NCBI GenBank assembly: GCA_009103225.1
Contig: RHPI01001715.1
Coordinates: 640,099 to 704,098, forward strand
Direction: 5' to 3'
DNA: 64,000 nucleotides
Origin: Chlorokybus atmophyticus
Taxonomy: Eukaryota; Plantae; Mesostigma and Chlorokybus algae
Positions 1-12,016 of this stretch are shown here, one piece after another (the stretch's first letter is position 1; every line of letters starts with the position of its first letter). The notes beneath the pieces are model-generated. The model searched no databases. It saw only the letters and a list, made by a program, of their open reading frames with translations, and was not told the DNA's origin. The translations under genes and the position numbers were made by a program.

Positions 1-14
1 ACACCCCATTCAAC

Positions 15-750
15 CTGACATCCAACACGCTCTTCCATGATGCTTGCTCCTCTTGCTGCGGCTGCTGCTTATCGCTGCTGCTGGGGTACCTTTCGGGCTT
101 GCGCCCGCGCTGCCCGATGTCTACATCGTCGGGGTGGTGGTAGCCGTATGACGCTCCCGTGACACATATGGCGATGATGGTAATGAACGCCATCACCACC
201 GCTGCTGTGACAACACGCGACCTGTGCACATATGCGCACTTTTGGTGCACAGCAGCAACAGCAAACTGACCAAAGCTGCTTGCATTGTGAGACACACTGC
301 TGCAACTGGAACACGCAAAGCTGATCAACCCTGCACAGATCAGGCAGTTACAGCTGCTTTGCCAGCAACTGTAACTGCCTGATCTCCGCTCAGGTAGCAG
401 ACGAATGCTTGCATAGACGCTTTGTGCATGTGTTGTTGTCACTTGAGCTTGCGCCTGGCTATGCAGGAGAAGCACGCAAGTGTAGCTAAAGTTACACGTT
501 TGAGCATTGCTAAGCGACAGCTGGCATGGATTACCAATTGACCAACAGCCAGAGCTACTCGTGCACATGCCCTGCATGCTTCTACGTAGCGATTGAAAGG
601 TCAATGCTGACGCTTGTATGCGACATGGCTAGCAGCAATGGCCCTCACCAGCCTACACAGACTACCAATGCCGCTTACGTGCTGCGTTTGGCGTGGGATG
701 GCGTGGGCGGCGGCGCCCATATCGCCGTCGCCGTCCGTTGTCGAGCCAGC
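15..750 (-). CDS. Partial (3'-truncated by window edge) gene for a probable type II membrane protein of unknown function
   Basis: Exon 221-15 (AG acceptor at 222-223, GT donor at 13-14) reads SRVVTAAVVMAFITIIAICVTGASYGYHHPDD..., a hydrophobic TM segment followed by a polar stem. An upstream GC-rich exon ends at a GTAAG donor at 678. The start codon and frame of the first exon are unresolved. Confidence 0.4.
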
Positions 751-1333
751 TTGACACGCACTCAACCCGCTGACCTCACTTCTCCACTCCAAACTTTGCC
801 TCTCAACGCATGCAGCAGAGCCGCTCGTTCCACAGCACCTGACACCACCTACTCCCTCTCGTCCTCCTCCTCCTCCTCCTCCTTTGCCTCGTTCACATAG
901 ACCACCAGACCACAGGCATCAACTGCTGCTCAACAGCGCTCCCCGTTTTCCAACCTGCTTGTCCACCTCAAGCCAGCGTCTTTACCAACGCCTCAACATT
1001 GTGGTCCAATCTGACAGACTGACCTAAGGCGACGACAACGTAACCACTGCCACCGCCAACGCCGCCGCCGACAATGACACCCGCCAGCTGCATGCTGGCT
1101 GAGGCAGCAGCAAAATGCAGTGAAGAGATGTGCTTTCGTTCTTTTTCACAATGTGCTTTTGTTCTTCTTCCTTTTTTTCTTGATTGTGGTTCTTCTAATC
1201 AGGGTTGAGACTTCAAGCTCTCTCGACCACGCTCGTTCAACACGGGTCGATCAACTACGGTCGGCTGTCTCAAGTTAACGACTTCAAGCGCTTAACTGAG
1301 GTGGCTGACTGCCTCGGCACGCAGGTGAACGCC

Positions 1334-2798
1334 ATGCACGCGGCGGCGTCGGCAGCGGTGGCGACGGCTGTGCTCGCTGTGGTCACCAGCGTCGCCCTGT
1401 TCGTGCCGCGGATCTCTCAGCCGCAGGAGTACCATGACTTTGCTGATCAGAGGGAGCTGATTCCAGGTGAGGTGGAGGACTGCGAGAGCGTTATTCAGCT
1501 AGTTGAAGTTATTCAAACGTGGCTTTGCCGCTTCTTGGCTGTTTCAGCATACACATCATGATATTGGTTGATAGCACAGTAACAGCAATATCATCAACAG
1601 TTGATGCTATGTGCAGGGGTGCCCAACACGCTTGATGTGTTGTCCAACGCACCGTTCCTGGTAATAGGCCTGGTGGGCCTCGCTTTCACCGCTAATGCAG
1701 GCGACAGCAAGTTCAGGTGGGCATTCTCTCATCCGCCACATCTTGTATGCACATGAGCGTGCGCATATGGTACACATCGGAGTCACAGCATGCACACATG
1801 TGGGTTGAGGGCGCGCGCACGTGCATAACCTCTTTTACATGTATTCTACCACAATTGCATTGCGCGTCATGCATGCGCGTGAATGTGTCAAATATGCCCT
1901 GTGCAGCTCGCAAGCAGAGCGCTACGCATGGGCGACACTGTTCGCGGGCGTGACAGCCACTTCCGCCGGCTCCTCGTACTACCACCTGGCCCCAACCGAT
2001 AGCACCCTCACATGGGACCGCCTCCCGGTGAGTGAGTTGTATCACAACATGTTGGCTCAGGGGCATTGTTCTCATGGCCAAACCTTTCATGCAGATGACT
2101 ATTGCCTTCACTGCGGTGCTGTCTGTGATGATCGGCGAGCGTGTGCACAAGGGACTCGGAGCCTCCATGCTGCTGCCGGCCGTGGTTGCGGGCGCGGCAT
2201 CCGTGTTATACTGGCGGTGAGAGTGAGAGTGTTAACATTCTGTGTAGGCGTAGGCGCGCGCGCACCCACACCTACATGCGTGTGCACATGCACGCGCGCT
2301 CATGTATGTGCACTTGCGCGCACTTGCGCGCACACGCGCCGCGTGTTGGGTGATGAGTGCTCTGTTTGAGCGTGCGCGTCTGTGCATGTATGTTGCATGC
2401 AACATCCCTCTTGTGCAGGTACACGGATGACCTTAGGTGGTACTTGCTGGTGCAGCTCGCGCCAATCGTTGCGTGTCCAGTGCTGCTTCTGGTCACCGAA
2501 GCTCGATACACCCACACGACGCACTGGTCCATGGCCGCAGGCAAGTAGTAGCACTGGCACTACACCTCACACGGATAATTTGCTTTATTGTCATCAGATT
2601 GTGATGTTTGAACCCACAACAGCGTTTTATGTGGGCGCGAAAGTGCTCGAGGCCGCCGATGGTCACGTGTTTGCTCTAAGTGGGAAGGCCGTGAGCGGGC
2701 ACACATTGAAGCACTTGGCTGCAGCTGCCACACCCATCGCACTGTACGATATGCTGCGCAAAAGGAGACCATTGCACATTGCTAGCAGACAATGCTGA
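1334..2798 (+). CDS. Alkaline phytoceramidase-related (CREST superfamily) membrane protein, 6 exons
   Basis: Exons 1334-1466, 1617-1716, 1907-2027, 2095-2216, 2419-2540 and 2623-2798 give QPQEYHDFADQR, NTLDVLSNAPF, GSSYYHLAP, WDRLPMTIAF, AKVLE and SGHTLKHLAAA, motifs typical of this plant/bacterial family. The last intron is GC-AG. Confidence 0.8.
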
Positions 2799-2815
2799 TG
2801 CATGAACTAGTACGG

Positions 2816-4311
2816 TCATGTCCGGTCTGTTCGTTGTTGTTGCTCTTGTGGTTGTGGTTGGAAGTTGTGTTCTTCATTGCTTTCAATTGCGTGCACGAGG
2901 GTTTGTAGCGGGGCGGTGGTGAACATGGTGGCGGGGTACACGCTGCTGCCCCATGTTGGGTGGAGGACCACCTTGCAGCAGCCGGCGTTGGCGGTCTTGT
3001 AGCCGAGGAGGGTCTGCAGGGCGTCCACCTCGCCGTAGGTGTAGTTGGCCCCGTCCCGGTGCACCATCGGGAGGCCGCTGCAAGGGTCGATGAAGTCCGC
3101 ATAGTGACCATCGCGGATGAGCGTGTCACACACACGCTGCGCCCACTCCATGAACACCTATTGTAATGCAAGGATCTTATACATGCATTATAGCAAGAGC
3201 ATATGACTTAAATGGTCATCCCATTGTGTGTTGCCACGACAACTAGCATGCGTGCATATGAATTTGTGAGCTTTATGCTTTTTGTGTGTGCACATGCATG
3301 TGCATGCGCGCGCGCACACAAGCAAGCGCACGTCTATGTGATTCTGCGCGTGCAATTGTGCAAGTGGGTTTGCATGCATGCATGCATGTTTCTCACCTCC
3401 AAACAGCGGTCCTTCTCTTCACTCACGTGGGGGCCAACCTGAACCAAGTCCACGGTCGACTTTTGGCATGTGGGCACGATCAGCAGTCTCTGCACGGGAG
3501 CGAAGACAACATTACAAGTCTGAGATTAGCGGCTTTGCCAACAACAGAGCAACTTGGCGTGACACATTGACGTGGGACAACAAGTCAGTACGCACCAATG
3601 CATCCACACATATAACAAGTAGCATGCGACGATGTCACGCAGATTGTTTGGCCTACAGTTGCACACACGCGCGCATGGGCGGACAACTGGACGCAAGCAT
3701 GCATGTACGCATACGCGTACGCACATATGCCAAATCCGGTTGATGTTGATGCAAGCATCCCAAACGAGATGTTCGTCCCATACGTGAAAGTAACAAGCAA
3801 TACCAAGTAGTAGTCTCCAGTACTCTACAATGACACAAAACAACTCATGGGGTACTAGCATTGCACTGGATGTCATGTTCACAACGACAACCATTTATTA
3901 ACCTGTCTACAAAATTCATTAATCTAACAATTTCACATTGCTCTTTCAAACTGCTTTGCCAACAGTGCGAACGACTGCTTACTGCACTGCCAGGCCAGTC
4001 AAAACCGAGACAAAAAGGTTGTAAAACCACCTGCTCGATGAGACAACTCTCACTGCAAGCAAGCACGCACTGCCGCAACTTGTTGCATGTAGCTGCACGC
4101 AGCATGCAAGGCATGCACAGCATTAATCAGGGCTGCAGTCACGCACGCACACATGCAGTCAGACAAGCCGTCCAGGCTGCTGAGGCGGCACCTGAGTGTC
4201 GGCAGCGGGGAGGAGGGCCCGCATCTCGGCGGCGTAGGACTTGGGGCAGCGGTGCACAGAATACTCCATCCCGGAAGCCAGCTGTCGCACGTCCTGCGCC
4301 TGGTACGCCAT
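2816..4311 (-). CDS. MMADHC: MMADHC/CblD-like cobalamin trafficking protein, 3 exons
   Basis: Exons 4311-4192, 3489-3397 and 3157-2816 give EYSVHRCP, IVPTCQ...EEKDRCLE, DFIDPCSGLPM, LLGY...GCCKVVLHPTWG...YPATMFTTAP. Confidence 0.8.
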
Positions 4312-5746
4312 CGGAAGCCCGCACCGCTCCGCCGCCGCCGGCAGCAGTCTAATTTGAGTTTGACCATTGAGTAGTTGGTCTATGTTGCCAAGCCTTGAAT
4401 TGCTGAAGCCAGATTTGTTACAACCTCTACTAGTGCAGTCACTGCAAGTTGGATTGAATGCACATCGTTGAAGTTGTACTTTACCCACCGCACCTTGCAG
4501 CGATGAGTGGCGCTTGTGTGCTGTCAACTGTTGTTGTCGCAAACCTTAGCGAATGAGGTGGTCGCGTACTACGAGTTGTGAGCGAGTCAAAACATGCTTG
4601 TGCGCACATGCTTGGTCTTGTATACATACAAACGCAGAGTTGTGGTATGACTGACATGCACACAGACATAGGGTACATTGCTAATGAAGGGTATATATCG
4701 CAATGGCAATGAGCACTCAAACACAAGCAGAGCATGGCAAGCAGGGCAGGCAGGGCAACACAACAGCCATCACTCCCGCGGCCTTCTTACTCACCTCACC
4801 ACCTGAAATCAAGTGCCCTATGTGCTGTGCAAGTGTAGAAGGAGGCAGGCAGTAGGAGGCAGGCAGTTTGTGTACATTGGCTGTAGTGCTTAGCGCTGCT
4901 CTGGGCCCCCAAATTTGTCTTGCTGCTTGTTGCTGGTTGTTGGTTAATAACTTGCCATGTGTTTGTGTGATTGCTTGGTTTGCACACGCACTGATGTTGC
5001 ACTCTTGAGCTTTGTACATGCATGCATAGGGTGTAGGATTGAAAGATCACAAGCATAACATAGTAGCAGGAAGTACATCCATGATTGCATGCGTGTGTGC
5101 GTGCACGTGCTTTTACGGACATCCCTGCGGGCCTGCACATGTATACCATGCGCCATTCCGCAATGGCACCCACACAGCTGTGTGTGAATCACGACAAGGG
5201 TATGCACCTGCCTTTAACAACCGTGCATACGTTGTTGGGTCACTCATAATCTATAGCAGCTTTGCAAATGTACATAAATCTCCAAGACTATTCTACACAT
5301 GCAATGAATGCATTACACACGTTGAACATGTCGAGCAGCAGCAAGTGTATACATAACTTGCTGGACACGTAGGTCTGACTTGAGCAGAAGTCAACAGGCA
5401 CATGCAGCTGTTCCTTACCTTACCTGCTCACACACTGCATCATAACTGCACACTGAAAACTTCACTTGATGGACAAGCATGGGTGGTCAACTGCTTCTGC
5501 AGACAGGTGCAGACTCCAATTCTGTTGCTTTTTGAAAAACACAGGTTCTGGCGTGCAAGAAGCTTTCAGCTACTACCACCAACATTGTAAATACCACGAC
5601 ACAGCACCACAGCATTGCAGCTAAACACTGACCCTACAGAGGGGGTTACGGCAACATTTGTAAATTACTGGCCAACGCCAAAACACCTAAGTAAACACCA
5701 ACAATAGCATAACAACATTATACTACCGCACGCCTTGCTGCGGACA

Positions 5747-6847
5747 TCACGCACTTGTCCACTTGTCCTTGATGCTGTTCATGCGCTTGCGATTGACGCC
5801 CATGTCGCCATACCCAACGCGCGAGGAAGACTGGACATGCAGCGTGCCGTCGCTGAAGAGGAACTCGACATCGTCTTTGAAACGCATTATCATTGAGGTG
5901 AACACCGCGTGCAAGTAGTTGCCATCTGAGCGCTCAATCTGCCAGAAAGACAGGTTTCTGTTTGACTTGCATACAGAAGCTCATCATGTTGGTTCAGTCA
6001 GTGACATCTGCAAAACATTCGCACCTGTACTCGGGGGAAAGTTTTGAGTGTGTCCTCAAGCTTCTTACGAGCAGTTGCCACATCGCCAGAGTAGGTCAAT
6101 GGCGCAAAGTAGTGCAGCTTGTCTGAAGGGTCCGCCTGGCTCGACACCCAGTTGGGCTTGTTCGGCAGTGGCCTAAACTTTCTCTGCACGCAGTGGAAGA
6201 GGTTCACCAACACACAGCATGCTTGACACAAACATAAGAGTATGTATGGGGCGTTCATACGAGCGACTTAAGCAACACCCTTGATGACATGCTGTATGTT
6301 AAACCCGACATCATGCTTGCACTTGCAGACAAGATGCATTGAGTTCATCAGTTTGTGGCTGTTGCTATGACCCGTGTATGCACGACTTACCTGAGCTACA
6401 AGGTCTGGAGAAGTGCCACCCATGCTGGTAGGAATGCGATTCGCGCACAGCACACCTGGCGCAAGCACAACTCCGCTATAGCTTCCTTCAATGTGAAAGC
6501 ATCAGCGACTAGAAGTCGTAAGCAAGCATGAAAGTGGCACATGCGTCATGGATGCTAAGCCACTACGCCTGGCGCTCGATTACATGTCATTGCTAACCTC
6601 CGACTGACTCTTCGCAGACTGAAAGTTGGCAGAATTCATGTGTAATGTTAAGCCCGGCCTTGCTGCTCCGCAAAACAGACTGAAAGTTGGCAGCACACTC
6701 ACCTCCAAAGCTACTAAACGACACAGTGGATGTGCACAGTAGCAATTGGACGATAGTGCAAAGGACTAGAAGGAGGACAAACAACCGACGTGCAGTCAGC
6801 TGCGCCGGGTTCAGGACGCCAGACGCAGCAGCAACGACAGCTTGCAT
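5747..6847 (-). CDS. DUF1499 family protein, 4 exons, N-terminal hydrophobic segment after RR
   Basis: Exons 6847-6703, 6455-6391, 6183-6025 and 5938-5747 give PNWVSSQA...YLHAVFTS..MRFKDDVEF...VQSSSRVGYGDMGVNRKRM, matching the DUF1499 pattern FVDDVEF...RSASRxGxSDLGVNRxR. The start codon is tentative. Confidence 0.72.
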
Positions 6848-7720
6848 GCGCTTTGCTCCGCACCTGTGCCAAAGGGGCGTGAGCTAAGCTGCAGCGGCTT
6901 GTTGCTTCTGCTCGCAGCTACTACGGCTCGGTGTCGCTCACAACGACTGCTTCCAAGCTGCTTGTGTCCACATCGAGCATCCGCACGCACAGGGCGAGCA
7001 ACCGCTAGAGCTGAAGCATGCACAGCTGGCATCAAGCCCCCCCTGTCCACCATGACGTTACACAAATACTAACCACAACTACTCGAGGTGGACAACAAGA
7101 GAGATGACACAGACGCTCTCACCTCTGTCTAGAGGGCGCTGGTCAAGTTGCAGACGCTGCACTCCGCCTACTCCTTCACCTCCTTCTCCTCCGTCTCCGC
7201 CTCCGCTTCCGCCGCTGCCAGAACAGCGCCACACAGTAGTGGCATGCATGGCCGTTGATTTGAACTGTTGAACCCTAGCTGGAATGGCAGGCGCAGACGG
7301 TATGGAGTCGGCGGTGCGGCTGGCGTTGTCGTCGTGGAGGCAATGGGCACCCAGGGCGTTCTGGGGCCTCGTCTTGGCCTGGCTAATCTATAAGTACGTC
7401 ACCAGACAAGCGATCTCCACCTCCACCTCATCCAGGTGTGTGTCTTAGCGAGCATGACACATGTTGTGTGTAGTGCAAGTTTCACGCTTGATTTTTTGGT
7501 GCATGCAGGACAGTCACAAGTAGAGAAGCTTCCATCGCCAAAGCAGGTATGACGTGCAGCGTTGCAGTGGCCAAGCAAGTGCTTTGTTGACAGAGCAAAG
7601 CATTCTGCCTGCCTTCAGGCATTCCGTATGCTCTGTTTGTTTGTTGAGCATTACGCCTCTGTGCGTACCTTGTTCTTGAGACCATCGATTGCACAGTAGT
7701 GACAGCTTTGTGGACTGCAG

Positions 7721-8999
7721 ATGCCTCGCTGTTTAAGGAAGCTGCTGCGTACGTCGCCAGCGCCATGTCTGGCAGCGGTAGTGTTGACGTAAAGCGTGCT
7801 TTGGGAGAGATGCAGCTCGAGCTGTATGGGCTGTACAAGCAGTCCACACAAGGCCCGTGCAAGATGAAGCAGCCTGCCAAGTTTGATCTTGTTGGGCGGT
7901 CCAAATGGTATGTCCATCAATTATTAAAACTGCAATTATTGTTTGTCTTGATCTACACAACCTGGTCGCCATACTACAAATGAAGACCAACGTATAGCTG
8001 AATCTGCTTGGCCGGCAGGCACATGAACGGCATGCTTATACACTGCATTACGTGGAACAGACACATTCGTTGCATGTAGATTCCATCTCTGCATGTTACG
8101 CACATCCTTGTGTGGGTTACAGGACAGCCTGGAGTAATCTGCAGGACATGACGAAGGATGAAGCCAGAAAACGCTACGTGGCCACTGTAACACAAGCAGC
8201 CCCTAACTGGAAGGTAGAAGGTTGTAAATTTTCTTGTTGCTTTCCTCAACACTTCAGGACTGTTGCTGTGCTCTGAGTTCACCAACGGAGTGTTAACGCT
8301 GCAGTTCTGAACTCCATGCAGATTGTGGTGAACGGCGCCATCGGCTGATTTGTCTGCCACCACACAGGATGGTGCAGCGGACAATCAACAGCCGTTGCAG
8401 CGGCGCACAGAGGCCACTGGCTTTGGCCCGGTGTTCAGCTCACTGAGTGGCGCTGAAGAACCAGAAGACAGTGCGGGGTGCGCATGCCATTGCAATTAGC
8501 CCACTTTTCCAGCACAACTTACGTCACGCCTTGATTGCCACATGTGCTGTGCAGTGCTTCAGAACTGTGGGTGCTGGCTGGCAAAGGCGACATTGCAATT
8601 GTTGAAGAGCTGCTCAAGTCTGGAGCGGCAGTAAACGATACTGGTGCGCTGGTCACTGCTGGTCACTGTCATGCACACACACACGCACTGCATTGACACA
8701 AAATGGTTCTCCGAACATTGAGTTGCGTTTGATGTGCTTTCTCAGATGAGTCAGGCAGCAGTGCCCTGCACTTTGCAGCGGATCGGGGCCATGCGCAGAT
8801 GGCCGAGCTGTTGCTCAAGCATGGCGCTGACATCGATGCACAGGACTCTGACGGTCAGACAGCGCTGCACTACGCTATCACATGCGGACAGCGTGCAGTG
8901 GCATCGCTATTGGTATCACATGGCGCCGCCACGAAACTTCCGGATCATGACGGGAAGACAGCAGCTCAGCTGAAACCTGCTGACTGGACAGAATGGTAA
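7721..8999 (+). CDS. ACBP: Acyl-CoA-binding protein with C-terminal ankyrin repeats (plant class II ACBP/ACBD6-like); 5' exon unresolved
   Basis: Exons ~7721-7908, 8122-8212, 8369-8478, 8555-8644 and 8747-8999 give an ACB domain (LELYGLYKQSTQGPC..KW.AWSNL), a GFGPVFSS linker, and ankyrin repeats SALHFAADRGH / GQTALHYAITCG. Confidence 0.85.
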
Positions 9000-9803
9000 C
9001 AAGCTGTTGCTCGCCAAGCATGCGCTTCGCAACACAAGAGCATCAACGTAGTGCGCCTTACATTGCATGCCAAGCTGCTTGTATCATGTGCAGCCACCAC
9101 TATGCCACTAGTCATGTGTCTTGCTTTTGCGTGGAGCAGGGGGGTACTCACAGTCTGTAGCAGCATCAAGTCGTAGCGCAGTGTTCCAGTTCTGTTGTGC
9201 ACGTCATGTTGGCGGTTTACAGGCAGTCTTTCATCAGCTCGAGTTGCTGTTACGTTTGCATACAGCATATAACAGCAAGTAGATTGGGAGTCTGTGTAGC
9301 CGCAGAGCGTTGTACAAAATTTGAACGAAACAGAAACACTGCATATGCAAGCCACATCGTCAAAAGAAGTGGGTGAAGCTGCGAAGGGAACATGCAAATA
9401 GAGTTCTTATCTCTGCATATGATGTGTCATACATCAGGCGGTGTACATTGTTGGGTTGGTTGGCGCAAGTATCAACACGAGTTAAACCCCAACCAATGAT
9501 GAACATATTTAAGAGCCTGCAGGCCGACTGACATGATACTCGCATTTGAGTGAGGGGTATATTGTGCTTTGTCCTTCTCATCCGGCAAAAGAGCACGTTG
9601 AAGCACATTGTCGCTAACTTGTTCACAGTATACATCTCTCAATTTGGGGGCGAGTTGTGCTCAACAGCACATCACAATCACATCAGCTTAACAATGCTAC
9701 TTGCGTGGTTTTTTTGTGATGTTGTGCGATGATCCAGGTTTTCAAATAGTACATTGTTTAGCGTTGCATCCAATTGGTGACATCGTTTCTTCAACTTATA
9801 GCG

Positions 9804-9834
<31 letters not shown>

Positions 9835-9835
9835 N

Positions 9836-9908
<73 letters not shown>
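9804..9908. other. C31-N-G73 homopolymer junction, probable assembly gap
   Basis: A run of C (9804-9834), a single N (9835) and a run of G (9836-9908). Confidence 0.8.
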
Positions 9909-9909
<1 letters not shown>

Positions 9910-11617
9910 GTATTTATGGGAAACCCTTCAAACAAGTTATCTTTAATAGAAAACTTCCTCGCGATTGTCAAATTCGACTTTTCGGAGCCCATGGCAATTG
10001 ACAAGGACTATATGCTCTTATGAAGTTGATTGTGAGAGCTTGTTCAATTGTGCATAGGCATGCCACCATTGTACATTGGTAAACAGAGCTTGTATTCAGG
10101 GGCTTCCCTTAACAACAAGAAGTGTTTACCAAACTTGTTTCATATATTTTTGATTTACCAAGTGCTTTAGAATGTTTACGATTATACAGTGTCACATGTG
10201 TAGCTCACTTCTTATTTCGCTTTTTATATTACTTATGCATGACAATAGTGCTTGAGGTTGAGTTGTTAATTGACATGCGCATCCATAGCTTGATCAGGTG
10301 TAATTTAAGCGCTGCAAATTTAGCCAGCCACTATAATTGTTTTTGTGGAAAGGGGTATCCTTATGTTAAAGATATAAATGTATAACTATCTGGTTGTGCG
10401 AATGGTTAACTTTCACGCATCGTATTGTTGCGCTACTGCATTCAATTGCTTAAACTGCCAAAATAGTGTGCCACTATAATGGCATTTATGTTAATGTCGC
10501 TGGAAACAAGATTTTGCAAGATAAGCACTTGGTTGTACGTTGGCTTAAACTCTACTACTTACACAGCCTCATGCAAAATGTTCTTGCATGCCAACGAACT
10601 TGTAGCTAACGAGGATGATTGTAAGCCGTTGCCCGTTTGGGCACCTACAGCTGTCGTAGTTCGTTGACAATGAATTTGACCCCAACCAATCAATGCAGTC
10701 GAGATTGTGTTGCAACTTTCGGTGGATCGGCGCCTGATTTCGCCCGCCGATGCGGGAAGCATCTGGAGCAACGATCGTTCGGACAAGAAACAAGTTCAAG
10801 TCTCGCTTGAAAGGTGGCCAGGCCAACCACAGTCACGTAACCTGGGTCATGGTCAATGCAAAGGGGTAACCTATAATGTAAACCTAACAGCCACCCTGCC
10901 GTTCCGAACCGCTGCACTGTTCAGTTGACCTAATTTTGCTTCAAAGTGAATGGGTGGTGGTCAATGGAAGCCCATTAGGGCCTGCGTGTTCATACTGATA
11001 CGCGTCAATTGTTTAAGACTCGCACGACCAGGCGCGTTGGACTGCCTGTGCGGCGTGAGTCAGGCACGCCCAACTGGCATGAAGCCGTTTGTAGTGCGTT
11101 TGAATGCTGCAGTATTCAAAAACCGTCGTCATCAGCAACCCAGCTTGGTCAACAACGCAGTTTAAGTAAATCACGTTTGGGTTTAAACCGTCTGACCTAG
11201 GCCTACTGTACTCCATTGTGTGCGTTGTCCCCCCCAACACTGCGGTCTCGACACGTGGCGCGCACCAGAATGGTCTTTTCGCTTGCCAAAATCGGCGCGC
11301 GCCTGTCCTTTCACGTGCTTTGAGCGACCTGCTGTGCCAACGTTAGAAAAAGCTGACATCGACGAGGCGGCCAGCCCTATCACTGGCAGGCTACGTCAGC
11401 CCTAAGTGTAAAAGCGACAGTTCAATCCCTACAAAGAGTGTTTTGCAAGGCGACTTCAAGGAGCCAATGTGGCTCTTTTCGTCATCAGCTCAGAAAGGGG
11501 TCTCAAGCATCGAAAGGTTTTGCTTTCTGCGCATCAATACGTGCGTAAGTAATGCAAAATGTAATACCAACAGTATGCAAGATTCTGTACAATGAAAGTT
11601 GACATATTCACATGTTT

Positions 11618-11794
11618 ACCGTTAAACATGGGGTTTATACTGCATATTGTGATCCATATTATATAATGGTATACATATGTATATGGTATATGTTGCTGTA
11701 ACATCAACCGTTAAACATGGGGTTTATATTGCATATTGTGTGATCCATACTATATAATGGTATACATATGTATATGGTATATATGTTGCTGTAA
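11618..11794. repeat. Two-copy tandem duplication, ~89-bp period, AT-rich
   Basis: accgttaaacatggggtttata...gttgctgtaa at 11618-11701 and 11707-11794; the copies differ by a few substitutions and dinucleotide slips. Confidence 0.85.
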
Positions 11795-11884
11795 ACTTGT
11801 GAACAGAATATAATATTATTAATACATTCAATTGACTTGTCCATCCGAACAAAGGGAGGGGCGCGAATAGCACAGTAGCTTGTT

Positions 11885-12016
11885 TAAATCGTACAAGCAT
11901 TGTAACAGCCCTTTGCAAACTCAACAATGATGACGTGCTTACGAGATCTGTAAATCGTACAAGCATTGTAACAGCCCTTTGCGAACGCAACAATAATGAC
12001 ATGTTTACAAGATCTG
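11885..12016. repeat. Two-copy 66-bp tandem repeat
   Basis: taaatcgtacaagcattgtaacagccctttgc...agatctg at 11885-11950 and 11951-12016; 60/66 identical, no indels. Confidence 0.9.

Noticed and set aside
9678-10004. Poly-Pro/poly-Gly ORFs
   Set aside because: Artefacts of translating the C/G homopolymer runs around the N.
9990-10020. Group I intron S-element-like AAGAGCATATAGTCC on the minus strand
   Set aside because: No matching R element/P7 partner or other core elements nearby, and no host rRNA gene.
10506-10521. 16-mer acaagattttgcaaga shared with ~56227
   Set aside because: One 16-bp match is about what chance predicts in 64 kb, and the flanks do not align.
11418-11435. tRNA T-loop-like AGTTCAATCCC
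   Set aside because: No A box, acceptor stem or cloverleaf upstream.
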